From the IMG/VR virus record IMGVR_UViG_3300045973_000675, positions 1 through 64,000 of that record: 64,000 nt of DNA; one strand, written 5' to 3'. Position 1 is the first letter of the stretch. Every line of letters begins with the position of its first letter. Of the stretch, positions 53,555-62,019 are shown in pieces. The position numbers and the translations under genes are program-made. This DNA is from a virus. Under the pieces are notes generated by a model. The model ran no database searches and was not told the origin of the DNA. It was given only the letters and a program-made list of their open reading frames with translations.

Positions 53555-55149
53555 GCTGCACCGTCCGGCATGATGCCCTTGACCCGCTTCTTGCCCCGCG
53601 CCTCGGCCGCCGCTTCCTTGATGGGGACGATGATCGGCTCGGTGACTTCCTTCTCGGGGTCACACCACGGCCGGATGGCGATGAGCGACCACCCGCCCTC
53701 GATGACCTTTTCGTAGAAGCGGGCTCGCGTCTGGTCGTCCATGCTGCCCACTTCGTCCACCTTGATGAGCTTGCCCAATGGATTGGCCCGCTTCGCCAGG
53801 TCGACCGCGAAGTCGATCTTCTCGTGGCCACCGCAACGGTCGAAGCTGACCCCATCGAGGAAGATGTTTCCGTCGACGATGGCCAGGCCTGGAATGGCCT
53901 TGGAACGCTCAACCATCTCGGCGGGTGCATCGGTGGTCAAGCGGTCAACGATGGCCTGCAGGGCCTTGGCCTTGGTGGTGGCGTCGGCCTCGACTTGACC
54001 GAGGCGGATCTCCTCGTAGAGGGCGTCGTGGGCCTCACGTGCCGCGCGGATGAGCTCGACCTTGGACATGGCCGCTGTCACGGCGTCGCCGGCGGCCGCC
54101 ATCTCCGCTTCGGTTGGGGGCACGATGGTGGCGGAGGCCAGGGTGGCTTCGAGGTCGTCGGCCTGCGTATGGCAGGACTCGGCCTGGTCGAGCAACCTCT
54201 TCGCCTCGACATCGGCGATCTCTAGTTTGTCGAGTTCATTCCGTTTCGTTTCCACGCGCAGGCGGGCCCGCTCAAAGTCCTCCTGTGCCTCTTCCAATTC
54301 AGCGTGGACGCATGCGATGGTTTGGGCGTCGCGAACAGCATCTGGTCGGGCCAGAATGTCGTCTCGTTCGGCGCGCAACTCGGCGATCCTGGACCGCGTC
54401 CCCTGGGTCCGCACGGCCATGGCCTCGGCGTCGGCCTTACGCTGGACGAGCGCATCCCTTGCCTTCTCGGCCTCGCGCAGGGGCAGATCCTCCTCGCCCT
54501 CGAGCGGGACCTCGACGCCCTTGTGCTCGGGACGGTCCAACGACTTGGCCTTGGTAACGGCCGCGGCGTGGTCGGTCTTGGCCTTGGCCGCGACCTTGTT
54601 GGCCTCGGTGCGCCTGGTCTCAAAGCCGGCCCGCACGTCGTCGATGACCTCCAGGCCGAACTTGCCCGCGGGCACCTCGCAGACCTCGCCAGTCCAGCGC
54701 TCGAGGTCTTCCGCGGTGACCGGCATTTCGATCACCTCGGACAGCATCTCGATGCGCCGGGACTTGGTCGCCTTCAGGAACTCGACCGGGTCGAACAGCT
54801 TCCCGAACTTCTCCAGCATCTTCTCGCGTGGGCTTTGCCATGGGCGGGTGTCGCCTTCGTTGTTGCGGATTGTGAGCTTGGGAGAGCCTTCGCGCGGAAT
54901 CACCTGGCGGGCCGTGAAGCTGGGATTCGGCGGGTCGTCGAAGTGGGCCATCAGCTCGGCACGGTCAGCGCCCTTGCGGATGGCGTCCTTGCTGATGCCA
55001 AGCCCGGTGAGGGTCATCTCGATGGCGTCGCCGATGGTGGACTTGCCGGTTCCACACGGGCCCTTGATCTCGTTGCCGTCGGGGCCGATCTCAATCACGC
55101 GATATGAGATGCAGCCGAGGTCGCGGATGCTGATTGCGGTGAGTTTCAT
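53551..55149 (-). CDS. SMC/Rad50-like ABC ATPase
   Basis: GPCGTGKST, long coiled coil, CGGHEK signature, IKVDE Walker B. Confidence 0.82.
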   Translation of the reverse strand: MKLTAISIRDLGCISYRVIEIGPDGNEIKGPCGTGKSTIGDAIEMTLTGLGISKDAIRKGADRAELMAHFDDPPNPSFTARQVIPREGSPKLTIRNNEGDTRPWQSPREKMLEKFGKLFDPVEFLKATKSRRIEMLSEVIEMPVTAEDLERWTGEVCEVPAGKFGLEVIDDVRAGFETRRTEANKVAAKAKTDHAAAVTKAKSLDRPEHKGVEVPLEGEEDLPLREAEKARDALVQRKADAEAMAVRTQGTRSRIAELRAERDDILARPDAVRDAQTIACVHAELEEAQEDFERARLRVETKRNELDKLEIADVEAKRLLDQAESCHTQADDLEATLASATIVPPTEAEMAAAGDAVTAAMSKVELIRAAREAHDALYEEIRLGQVEADATTKAKALQAIVDRLTTDAPAEMVERSKAIPGLAIVDGNIFLDGVSFDRCGGHEKIDFAVDLAKRANPLGKLIKVDEVGSMDDQTRARFYEKVIEGGWSLIAIRPWCDPEKEVTEPIIVPIKEAAAEARGKKRVKGIMPDGAA

Positions 55150-55313
55150 CGTGTGTTTCCCTTCTCATTGAGGAATTGCTGGGCGGCCTTCTCGGCTGCA
55201 TTCAATTTATTCGACCACCGTTCGTTCCTATCGAGTGCCTTCAATACGGCTCGCAGGTGGTCGACTGCGGTGGTGGGCGCTGGCGTCTGTTCCTGTTGCT
55301 TCTTCGACTTCAT
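55146..55313 (-). CDS. hypothetical protein
   Basis: ATG 1 nt after the CCA of the tRNA-like element; no SD. Confidence 0.45.
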   Translation of the reverse strand: MKSKKQQEQTPAPTTAVDHLRAVLKALDRNERWSNKLNAAEKAAQQFLNEKGNTR

Positions 55314-55314
55314 T

Positions 55315-55383
55315 TGGTGGAGAGTCCGGTTTCGAGCCCGGCCGTGCGCGATGATCAATCGCGACGTGACACCTTCACTCCCC
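55315..55383 (-). ncRNA. tRNA-Ala/tmRNA-TLD-like small RNA (D-armless)
   Basis: GGGGAGT...ACTCTCC-A-CCA acceptor stem with G3:U70; CGCGA-TTGATCA-TCGCG hairpin; CCGG-GCTCGAAA-CCGG T-like arm. Confidence 0.6.
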
Positions 55384-55441
55384 TTGCGCCCCGTTCGGCC
55401 GGGGCCACGCCTTCCACTCCTTTCCGCTGCTATTGGGTTGC

Positions 55442-55906
55442 CTAGAACGGAACGTCGTCGTCCACTGGCGGACGCGAGGCGTGTTCCTCGCGGTGCTGTG
55501 CGCCCGAATTCTTCTCCTCGCCCCAGCCGCGCTTGCCGCTCGACTGCTGATTGCCGCCCTGCTTGGTATCGCCGTCGCCTCCGCCCAGGAACACCACGCG
55601 ATCAGCGACGATCTCGGTGGTGTAGCGGTCCTTGCCTTCCTTGTCCTGCCACTTGCGGGTTTGCAGCTTGCCCTCGAGGTAGACCATCCGGCCCTTGGCC
55701 AGGAACTTGTGGCAGTTCTCCGCCTGGTCGCCCCACACGTTCACGCGGTGCCACTCCACCCGCTCTTGCTTCTCGCCGGCCTTGTCCTTCCAGACCTCGT
55801 TGGTGGCGATGCTCAGATTGCACACCGGGCGGTTGCTCGTGGTGTACTTCAGCTCGGGGTCGGCCCCGAGGTTGCCGACCAAGATCACTTTGTTGACGCT
55901 GCCCAT
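55442..55906 (-). CDS. ssb: single-stranded DNA-binding protein
   Basis: [31 protein letters not shown]-terminal DDDVPF. Confidence 0.97.
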   Translation of the reverse strand: MGSVNKVILVGNLGADPELKYTTSNRPVCNLSIATNEVWKDKAGEKQERVEWHRVNVWGDQAENCHKFLAKGRMVYLEGKLQTRKWQDKEGKDRYTTEIVADRVVFLGGGDGDTKQGGNQQSSGKRGWGEEKNSGAQHREEHASRPPVDDDVPF

Positions 55907-55909
55907 CGC

Positions 55910-56833
55910 CTACGCCGCGCCCTTCTGGTCCACGGCCTGGGCTGGCTGCGCCCGCTCGCTCGCCACGTCCTCAAGTAGCTTCTTGATGTTCGGCAAGGAC
56001 AGGTCGCCAGACGAGCGGATCTCGAATCCCTTCGGGGGATTGAGCTTTTCGTTGATCCAGGTGATAGCATCGGCCTTCTCTTTGCCGATCTCCTTCATGG
56101 CCGTGAAGAGTTCCTGGAGCTTGACTGCCTTCTCGTCCTTGTCCTCGCCATCGTTGAGCCAGTCGCGAAATGTGCTCCCGATGTTGTCGACGTGCTCCTT
56201 GTCGAATGTCTTTCCGTCGAGCACGTAGCACCGTGTCTTGTCGACCTGCACCTCGTGATCCTGGTCGACGTTCAGGACCAAATCGAACTCGTAGTCGACG
56301 TCCTGACGTTGCACCGGGGCGGTCCCGATCTTCTTGGGCACCGTCACCTCTTTCCCGTCCCGATTCTTCTCTTTCTCCAGAACCCACTCGGTCTTCGTGC
56401 GCATGGTGCAGATGATGTGGAGTTTTGCCGACAGCAGAGCCTCGATGAATTTGTTCTGCTGCGGGGTCAGATCCTTCCACACGTCGAATCTCTTCCCCTT
56501 CTTGTCGGCCTGTTCGAGGATGCCACCAGCGCCAGCCCATGCGTGGGACATGGAATCTAAGATCAAGCAATCGTATCCTCCCGCCTCCGCCTCGCGAATC
56601 GACTTGATGTAATCCTCTGGGCTGTGCGAACTAGGAGAGTCCGCGTCGAACACGAACATATCGCTGTATAGCGACGCGCTCTCGTGTTCCGAATCCCGCA
56701 GGGCAATCCTTCCCGTTGGACCGACCAACTGCACCGCGATCTTCAGTGCGTCTATCGTCTTTCCGCTGCCAGTCGGGCCAATGATTGCAATGCGCGCTCT
56801 CTTCTTCTTCTTCGTTGCTCTCGTGAATGCCAT
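55910..56833 (-). CDS. Sak4-like (AAA_24) recombination ATPase
   Basis: FTRATK, GPTGSGKT, ILDSMSHAW.G.GG, HIICTMR.K, YEFD. Confidence 0.85.
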   Translation of the reverse strand: MAFTRATKKKKRARIAIIGPTGSGKTIDALKIAVQLVGPTGRIALRDSEHESASLYSDMFVFDADSPSSHSPEDYIKSIREAEAGGYDCLILDSMSHAWAGAGGILEQADKKGKRFDVWKDLTPQQNKFIEALLSAKLHIICTMRTKTEWVLEKEKNRDGKEVTVPKKIGTAPVQRQDVDYEFDLVLNVDQDHEVQVDKTRCYVLDGKTFDKEHVDNIGSTFRDWLNDGEDKDEKAVKLQELFTAMKEIGKEKADAITWINEKLNPPKGFEIRSSGDLSLPNIKKLLEDVASERAQPAQAVDQKGAA

Positions 56834-56875
56834 TGTGAGTTTTCCTCTCGTTGTTTTGTGTCGTCGTCGTCAACG

Positions 56876-57601
56876 TCAAATCTGTGGATCTGGGCGCGGG
56901 TTGCGCAAAAGCGTCTCGGCTGTGAAAGTGGTGTCCGGGTCGAAGCCTCCGGTTCGAAGCATCCATGCCAGGTAGTCGCGCGGCACCTCTGTCCATCGCT
57001 TGCCCGCATGCTTGCCGAAGTTGCACATGGTCAGCAGCAATGGGCCGTCAATGAACAGCTCGAATTCCTTGGTGCCCATGCGCTCAAAGTCCGCACGCGC
57101 TGGGCCTGCCAATAGCCAGCGAAGCAAGGCCGCTGTCACGATGCAGTCGCCGAGCGCGCGGTGGGGCACGATGTCGCGAGGAACATCTAGCTTGAGGGCG
57201 TACCGAAGGAAGCTGTTGGTGTGGTGTGGAAGCTCGGGCAGGTAGCGCTTGGCCATCCGCAGGGTATCGAGCCAAGGTTTGTCCGTGAGGGTGGGCAGGA
57301 ACGACTTGTCGAAGGGGGCGTTGTGGGCGGCGTAGGCGATGGCGTCGTCGCAGCCGGCGGTCTCGCACGCGAGAGACGCCAGCGCGCAAGGCAACGGCCC
57401 GGCATCTTCGAGGTCGGAATCGATCAGGTGATGGCACGCGCTGGCACCTGGCGAGATGGGGACCGTTGGCTTGACCAGGTAGGAGTCACGGAAGCGCGTG
57501 CACTCCAGGTCGGTCCCGACGTAGCCAAGCTCAACAACCTGGTCGATGGCGGGATCCATGCCCGTTGTCTCGACATCGAGGACCACGAACAGAAGGGTCA
57601 T
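56876..57601 (-). CDS. DEDDh 3'-5' exonuclease (ExoX-like)
   Basis: DVETTG, HNAPFD, HRALGD, FGKHAG..VPRDYLAW. Confidence 0.92.
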   Translation of the reverse strand: MTLLFVVLDVETTGMDPAIDQVVELGYVGTDLECTRFRDSYLVKPTVPISPGASACHHLIDSDLEDAGPLPCALASLACETAGCDDAIAYAAHNAPFDKSFLPTLTDKPWLDTLRMAKRYLPELPHHTNSFLRYALKLDVPRDIVPHRALGDCIVTAALLRWLLAGPARADFERMGTKEFELFIDGPLLLTMCNFGKHAGKRWTEVPRDYLAWMLRTGGFDPDTTFTAETLLRNPRPDPQI

Positions 57602-58656
57602 CGCTTTCCGCCCTTCACCGCTGACGCTACTTTCTTCCAACTCGACGTCTCGTATGGATTGCCTACCTTGACGAGCGCCTCCAGCTCCGACTTGAGGCAC
57701 ACCACGTGCCCGTCCTGCCCTTTCAAGCTGGACACCACGTCGGCCAGCGCATCCGCTGGTATCGTCCGCATTGCGGAGAAGCTCAGCAAATCGTCGGCGC
57801 TGACCGTCTTGCGCCCATCGCACGATCCCAGGTGCAACTGCTTGCCGTTTTTCACGCATCGGCCTCCGTTGCGGACGAACCGCTTGAGGATGTCCTTGGC
57901 CAACTTGGCTGCCTTCTCGGCGTATTCGATGCGCTCGGAGAATGCACCGGCATTCTCATTGGTCAGGTCCACCTGCGGGGTCGCGTCGGCCTCGACCGAT
58001 GGGATCTGCTCACCCATCACCGCCAGCGCTGTCTTGGCCCTGGCCAGCCACGCCGGGCAGTAGACCGCCTGGCGGCATCCGCCGCACCATTCCCCAGGAC
58101 AAGCTACTCGCGGGCGCCCCACCGCGGCCTTGATGCGCGCAAGCAGCGCCGGGTGGCCAGCGGGCATGAACTCTGGCTTGCCCTCGGGTGAACGACGCGG
58201 GAACGTCTCGCGCCCGCGGATTGCGAGGGTCGCCACGCGGAACGGCTGGCCGCCCGCTGCCATCGACGCCGCAAGTCCCATGGCCACAAGTCCCAGGTCA
58301 TCCTCGGGCTCCGAATCGTCGAACGCATCGGCGTTGCGCCAGGACACGACCATGCACGGGTCGACCAGCACGGCGCCCGGACGCCCGCTCACCAGCACCT
58401 CGCCGGTGGCCTGGTCGACCAGGTCGAGAGATTCGCCGACGGACACGATCTTGCCGGGCTCGCCAACGAGCCAGTGCAGGGCCGCGTCCGCCTCGGTGAT
58501 TGTCGGCTGGTCGTTCGCGTGGAAGGATCGCGCGATTTCGATCTTGGCGAGGCGGAAGCCGCTCGCGTCGGCGCTCGCTTCGGCGTGCTGTTCCGCCAAT
58601 TGCGCAGAAAGCCCGCACTTTTCCAATTGCCCCAATAAGAAACTGCCTACCTTCAT
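57598..58656 (-). CDS. Cas4/RecB-like protein with degenerate PD-(D/E)XK site
   Basis: N-terminal Cys plus PGEWCGGCRQAVYCP; GRPG and VVSWR occupy the usual GxxD and vvDwK positions. Confidence 0.6.
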   Translation of the reverse strand: MKVGSFLLGQLEKCGLSAQLAEQHAEASADASGFRLAKIEIARSFHANDQPTITEADAALHWLVGEPGKIVSVGESLDLVDQATGEVLVSGRPGAVLVDPCMVVSWRNADAFDDSEPEDDLGLVAMGLAASMAAGGQPFRVATLAIRGRETFPRRSPEGKPEFMPAGHPALLARIKAAVGRPRVACPGEWCGGCRQAVYCPAWLARAKTALAVMGEQIPSVEADATPQVDLTNENAGAFSERIEYAEKAAKLAKDILKRFVRNGGRCVKNGKQLHLGSCDGRKTVSADDLLSFSAMRTIPADALADVVSSLKGQDGHVVCLKSELEALVKVGNPYETSSWKKVASAVKGGKR

Positions 58657-58667
58657 GGTCTTCTCCT

Positions 58668-58868
58668 CTACTGAATCCCAGCCCGCTCCAACAGCGACGC
58701 CTTGTTGACAAACCAATTGCCACCCACCACCGTCCCGCGCACCAATTCATTTCTGCACCAATAGCGAACCGTCACCTCTGGGATGGTGGCCAGCACGGCA
58801 GCTTCCTTGATGGTGATGAATCCGCGGGTGCGAAGCCTCTCAATCAGTTGTTGGTTTTGTCTTCCCAT
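58668..58868 (-). CDS. excisionase-like HTH protein
   Basis: FITIKEAA....EVTVRYWCR..LV.G..VGGNWFV. Confidence 0.75.
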   Translation of the reverse strand: MGRQNQQLIERLRTRGFITIKEAAVLATIPEVTVRYWCRNELVRGTVVGGNWFVNKASLLERAGIQ

Positions 58869-58950
58869 TGGTGAATCCACATTGAGCGAATCAAATCAAT
58901 TGAGCTAGCTAAAGCGTGTCTGCACTACCCAGTGTCATGGTTGTGCAGGG

Positions 58951-59178
58951 TCAGTTCTGCACCCGCGCGACTTCGAGCCCCGTCTCGACGCCCCTCACCC
59001 GCAATGACGTGTACTCCGCTTGCCGACGATTCCAAGCGATGCGGCGCAAGCGCGGGTCGAACGTGGGCAGCGCTTCGTAGGTGGCCAGCGACAAGGCGGA
59101 GATTCGCCCAGCGTCGTCGATGCTGTAGACGAGTCCGGTCTCGTTGACGTGGATCATCGCCGCGGTGAATTTGGTCAC
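58951..59178 (-). CDS. hypothetical protein
   Basis: GTGA overlap. Confidence 0.45.
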   Translation of the reverse strand: MTKFTAAMIHVNETGLVYSIDDAGRISALSLATYEALPTFDPRLRRIAWNRRQAEYTSLRVRGVETGLEVARVQN

Positions 59179-59468
59179 GTCGCTCGCCCCCCTTCGTCCG
59201 CCGCCCCAACGCACGCGGGGTGCATCTTGTCCGCACCCTTCCTGATGATGAGCCCGTGCTCGATGATCTCGTCGCAAACGGCGCAGCGAACGATCTCGCC
59301 AGTGCCGCCGCAGGCCTTGCACTCGCGTCTCCCGATACAGCCCTGGCCGCGGCACGGCGGGCACTTACCCTCGGCGATCCACTCGGCGTCGGTCATCTCG
59401 ACCGCCCAGCGATTGCCGTCGCTCTCGGCCGCGTCCTGGCGTCGCATCAGTTCGTCGCCCCAGCCCAT
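59175..59468 (-). CDS. DnaJ-type Zn-finger small protein
   Basis: CPPCRGQG...CKACGGTG. Confidence 0.55.
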   Translation of the reverse strand: MGWGDELMRRQDAAESDGNRWAVEMTDAEWIAEGKCPPCRGQGCIGRRECKACGGTGEIVRCAVCDEIIEHGLIIRKGADKMHPACVGAADEGGRAT

Positions 59469-59722
59469 CAGGACACCTGCCCCAACTCGGCGCCGGCCCG
59501 CAGCAGCTCGTGCTTGGCCGCGTGTAGCAGGTGGCGCTCACACTCGGCAAACGATCCAGCAATCACGCAGACGCGGCCCTCGAATGTTCCGACGAACACG
59601 GTCACGCCGATGGTGGCCGCTCCTCCGCTGGTGATCGTCAGTTCGAATCCGCCGAGTCTCGCCACTTCGCGTGTGTAGCCGGCGCGCGCGTCGGTCTCCC
59701 AGGTGAGCTTGGTGGCGCTCAC
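59468..59722 (-). CDS. hypothetical protein
   Basis: Coupled ORF. Confidence 0.5.
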   Translation of the reverse strand: MSATKLTWETDARAGYTREVARLGGFELTITSGGAATIGVTVFVGTFEGRVCVIAGSFAECERHLLHAAKHELLRAGAELGQVS

Positions 59723-60354
59723 TTCCGCACCGCCTTGCTGTTGAGCGTTGCTCTCGCGGATGCGGCTGCCAGTGCAGCGCTATCGACATCCCTGAATGTT
59801 CCAAAATACATTCTCTTTCCGTACCGGCATATCACCACTACCCATCTGTCCCTTTTTCTATGAACTCCAGCGAATCCACTAGAATTTTGTGATGTCTTTC
59901 CTCTCCTGTTATTTGCCTGCTGCAATTGCGTAGCCCAGCGACAATTGTTAGGTTCGTAGTTGCCGTCGTTGTCCCTGCGGTCAAGCGTCATCCCTGGCGG
60001 GCGAGGCCCCATGTCAGCTAAAAAGTTTTCAAAATTGTTCCACCTTGGACAAACCGTTATTCCTCTGGCCCCGTAACAGCTGAACAAGTATCCCGACTTT
60101 CCCCTCACTCTTGCGCGCATGCCTAGCCATGCCTGATACTCAGGAGACTTTAGCCTGGAATGCCCATGGGTGATCGTTCCCTTCCTGCATCCGCAGGATC
60201 GTGTGAGCCCAGCGCGCAACGCTGATCCGTGAACAATCGATCTTCCGCCACAGTCACACTTGCACAAATAGCGACGGTGGTATCCTGACTTTGATCGAGA
60301 CTCCTCTGACACTACAACTAATAGGCCAAAACGTTTCCCATTCATGTTTACCAT
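59719..60354 (-). CDS. HNH-AP2 homing endonuclease
   Basis: GKRFGLLVV, CKCDCG, SCGC, YGARGITVC.RW, LDRRDNDGNYEPNNCRWAT, AP2 domain; visibly more AT-rich than its flanks. Confidence 0.9.
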   Translation of the reverse strand: MVNMNGKRFGLLVVVSEESRSKSGYHRRYLCKCDCGGRSIVHGSALRAGLTRSCGCRKGTITHGHSRLKSPEYQAWLGMRARVRGKSGYLFSCYGARGITVCPRWNNFENFLADMGPRPPGMTLDRRDNDGNYEPNNCRWATQLQQANNRRGKTSQNSSGFAGVHRKRDRWVVVICRYGKRMYFGTFRDVDSAALAAASARATLNSKAVRK

Positions 60355-60554
60355 GTCAAAATCTCAGCTTTCAACGCTTGTCGCGGCTCGCGCGCCCACT
60401 TCTCGGCCTCGGCCTGTTCGTCGAATTCGAGCGGCTGCCCGTCCACCACCACGAGGCGCGCGGTTCGGCGGTCCGTGGCGGTCCACACCGGGGAGCCCTT
60501 GCCGTCGGTGGCGAGCTTGATGGCGTAGTTGCCGATCAAGATGCGGCTACTCAT
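60348..60554 (-). CDS. hypothetical protein
   Basis: SD GGAGG; coupled. Confidence 0.5.
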   Translation of the reverse strand: MSSRILIGNYAIKLATDGKGSPVWTATDRRTARLVVVDGQPLEFDEQAEAEKWAREPRQALKAEILTW

Positions 60555-60819
60555 GACCAGCCTCCAGCCAAGCCTGGAACTTTTCAGGCGATCCCCATGC
60601 CGCACTCGGGACCTCATTGTAGAGGTAGGCCACGATGGCTTGCAGGCTGTCCGTGTTTTCGTCGTCAGCGCACGCGAGCGATTCGCGAAGGTCGTTGCAC
60701 AGGACGGCCGAGAGAAAGCTACCCGGCTTGATGTGCTGGTCGAGGTAGCGGGCGAGGCCAGCTGCCGTGAGTTCGGGAATGGTCCGACCTCTGAAGTGGT
60801 AGCCGGAGGGTGACATCAT
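60547..60819 (-). CDS. conserved phage hypothetical protein
   Basis: RY....PGSFLSAVLCNDL..ADDEN...YLYNEVPSAAWGS. Confidence 0.7.
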   Translation of the reverse strand: MMSPSGYHFRGRTIPELTAAGLARYLDQHIKPGSFLSAVLCNDLRESLACADDENTDSLQAIVAYLYNEVPSAAWGSPEKFQAWLEAGHE

Positions 60820-61073
60820 CGCACGCGCTCCCCGTTGAATAGATCGGCCGTGAGGATGCGCGCCAGCTCGCGGGCCTCGGGAAGATTTGCCGATGCCAGA
60901 CGGGCGTCGAGCTGGCGGGCAATCTGCGCCGGGGTCAGCTCGTGGGGAATGGGCTCGGGGTCGAGCTGCGCCTGCATGCCGTGGTTGCGGACCGTCACAT
61001 TCACCGGGCGGGTCTTCCTGTCGTATGCCTCGCTGGGTGGGGCGATGATCCGGTAGCTGCGTGGGTCGGTCAC
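60816..61073 (-). CDS. hypothetical protein
   Basis: Coupled ORF. Confidence 0.5.
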   Translation of the reverse strand: MTDPRSYRIIAPPSEAYDRKTRPVNVTVRNHGMQAQLDPEPIPHELTPAQIARQLDARLASANLPEARELARILTADLFNGERVR

Positions 61074-61462
61074 GAGCGCACCGCCCTCTGCTCAAGCGCC
61101 ACCGCTGCCAGCGTCGCCGCATTGAGCGCGTCCGAGTAGTCGAGGAAAACCTGTCGCACGTCGACCTCGTGGTGGACCTCGAAATCGACGATGTTGGCGC
61201 GCTCTTCATCGCTAAATTCCAGGCCGCACATATCAACGGCGGCCACCTCGCACCGGTAGGCGTCGCCAGCCTGGACGCAGTCGGGACGCGGGCAGTAGAG
61301 GCGGTCGCCGATTTGGTCGCAGTCGTCGGATGGACGGCCGCAAGCGTGGCAGGTGTCGCGGGTGTAGGCGCCCGGGTCATCGGTCGAGTGGGGCGAGGCG
61401 ACGGGGCGGCGTACCGCTGGTGCCAGGATGGAACAGGCAACATCAAACCACGGGATGGCCAT
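61070..61462 (-). CDS. hypothetical Zn-finger protein
   Basis: CHAC...YCPRPDC. Confidence 0.55.
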   Translation of the reverse strand: MAIPWFDVACSILAPAVRRPVASPHSTDDPGAYTRDTCHACGRPSDDCDQIGDRLYCPRPDCVQAGDAYRCEVAAVDMCGLEFSDEERANIVDFEVHHEVDVRQVFLDYSDALNAATLAAVALEQRAVRS

Positions 61463-61464
61463 GG

Positions 61465-61659
61465 CTAACGTCCACCCTTCCCGTCGCGTTCCAAAAGCGC
61501 GCTGGCGATCCTGCTCCTCGTGGCCTCGCGGGTCGGTTCCCCAGCGAGAACGCGGGCCACCGTGCGCGGGTCGGTCTGCGCGGCCACTGCAACCTCGCGG
61601 ACTACTCGCGCGGGGAGTCTGGTGGCAACCTGCTGCTTCTTGGCTTTTGATGTACTCAT
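61465..61659 (-). CDS. Cro-like HTH regulator
   Basis: REVAVAAQTDPRTVARVLAG...TRSRI; first gene of the early operon. Confidence 0.7.
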   Translation of the reverse strand: MSTSKAKKQQVATRLPARVVREVAVAAQTDPRTVARVLAGEPTREATRSRIASALLERDGKGGR

Positions 61660-61669
61660 CTTGCTATCC

Positions 61670-61741
61670 ATATTAGCTGTACGCATGTTGTTGTCAACAT
61701 TAAAACCGCACTTGACACGAAAAAGACTTTGCCGCGATCCT
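61670..61741. promoter_or_regulatory. divergent promoters with operator palindrome
   Basis: Minus strand TTGACA-N16-TAATAT (61697-61670); plus strand TTGACA-N18-GATCCT (61712-61741); palindrome ATGTTG-N4-CAACAT (61685-61700). Confidence 0.7.
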
Positions 61742-61747
61742 TGCGTG

Positions 61748-61957
61748 GTGGGACGACCGCCAGCCGACAATCCTCTAGGAGAGCGAATCTTCTTCAGACT
61801 CGACGATTCGGACTACGCTCGCGCCGTCGCGCTGGCTCGGGAGGAATCGGAGAGACTTGGGATCGCACTGTCTGTCAACGCGTGGGCTCGGTGGCTCGTC
61901 AGGCAGGCGGTGGGCGGACGGGTCGATGTCAAGACGCCGTCACCGCGAAGGCGATGA
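61748..61957 (+). CDS. RHH/Arc-like repressor candidate
   Basis: MGRPP...RIFFRLDD...LSVNAWARWLV; GTG 6 nt after the -10. Confidence 0.65.
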   Translation: MGRPPADNPLGERIFFRLDDSDYARAVALAREESERLGIALSVNAWARWLVRQAVGGRVDVKTPSPRRR

Positions 61958-62019
61958 GTGGCCCCACGCCCGCACGCTATCCCGAGCGGCGCCTGCGTGG
62001 CAAATCGTAACGCGCATGC

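Noticed and set aside
58880-58930. AT-rich gap with two ATTGAGC repeats upstream of the excisionase-like gene
   Set aside because: Probably regulatory, but no convincing -35/-10 pair could be assigned.
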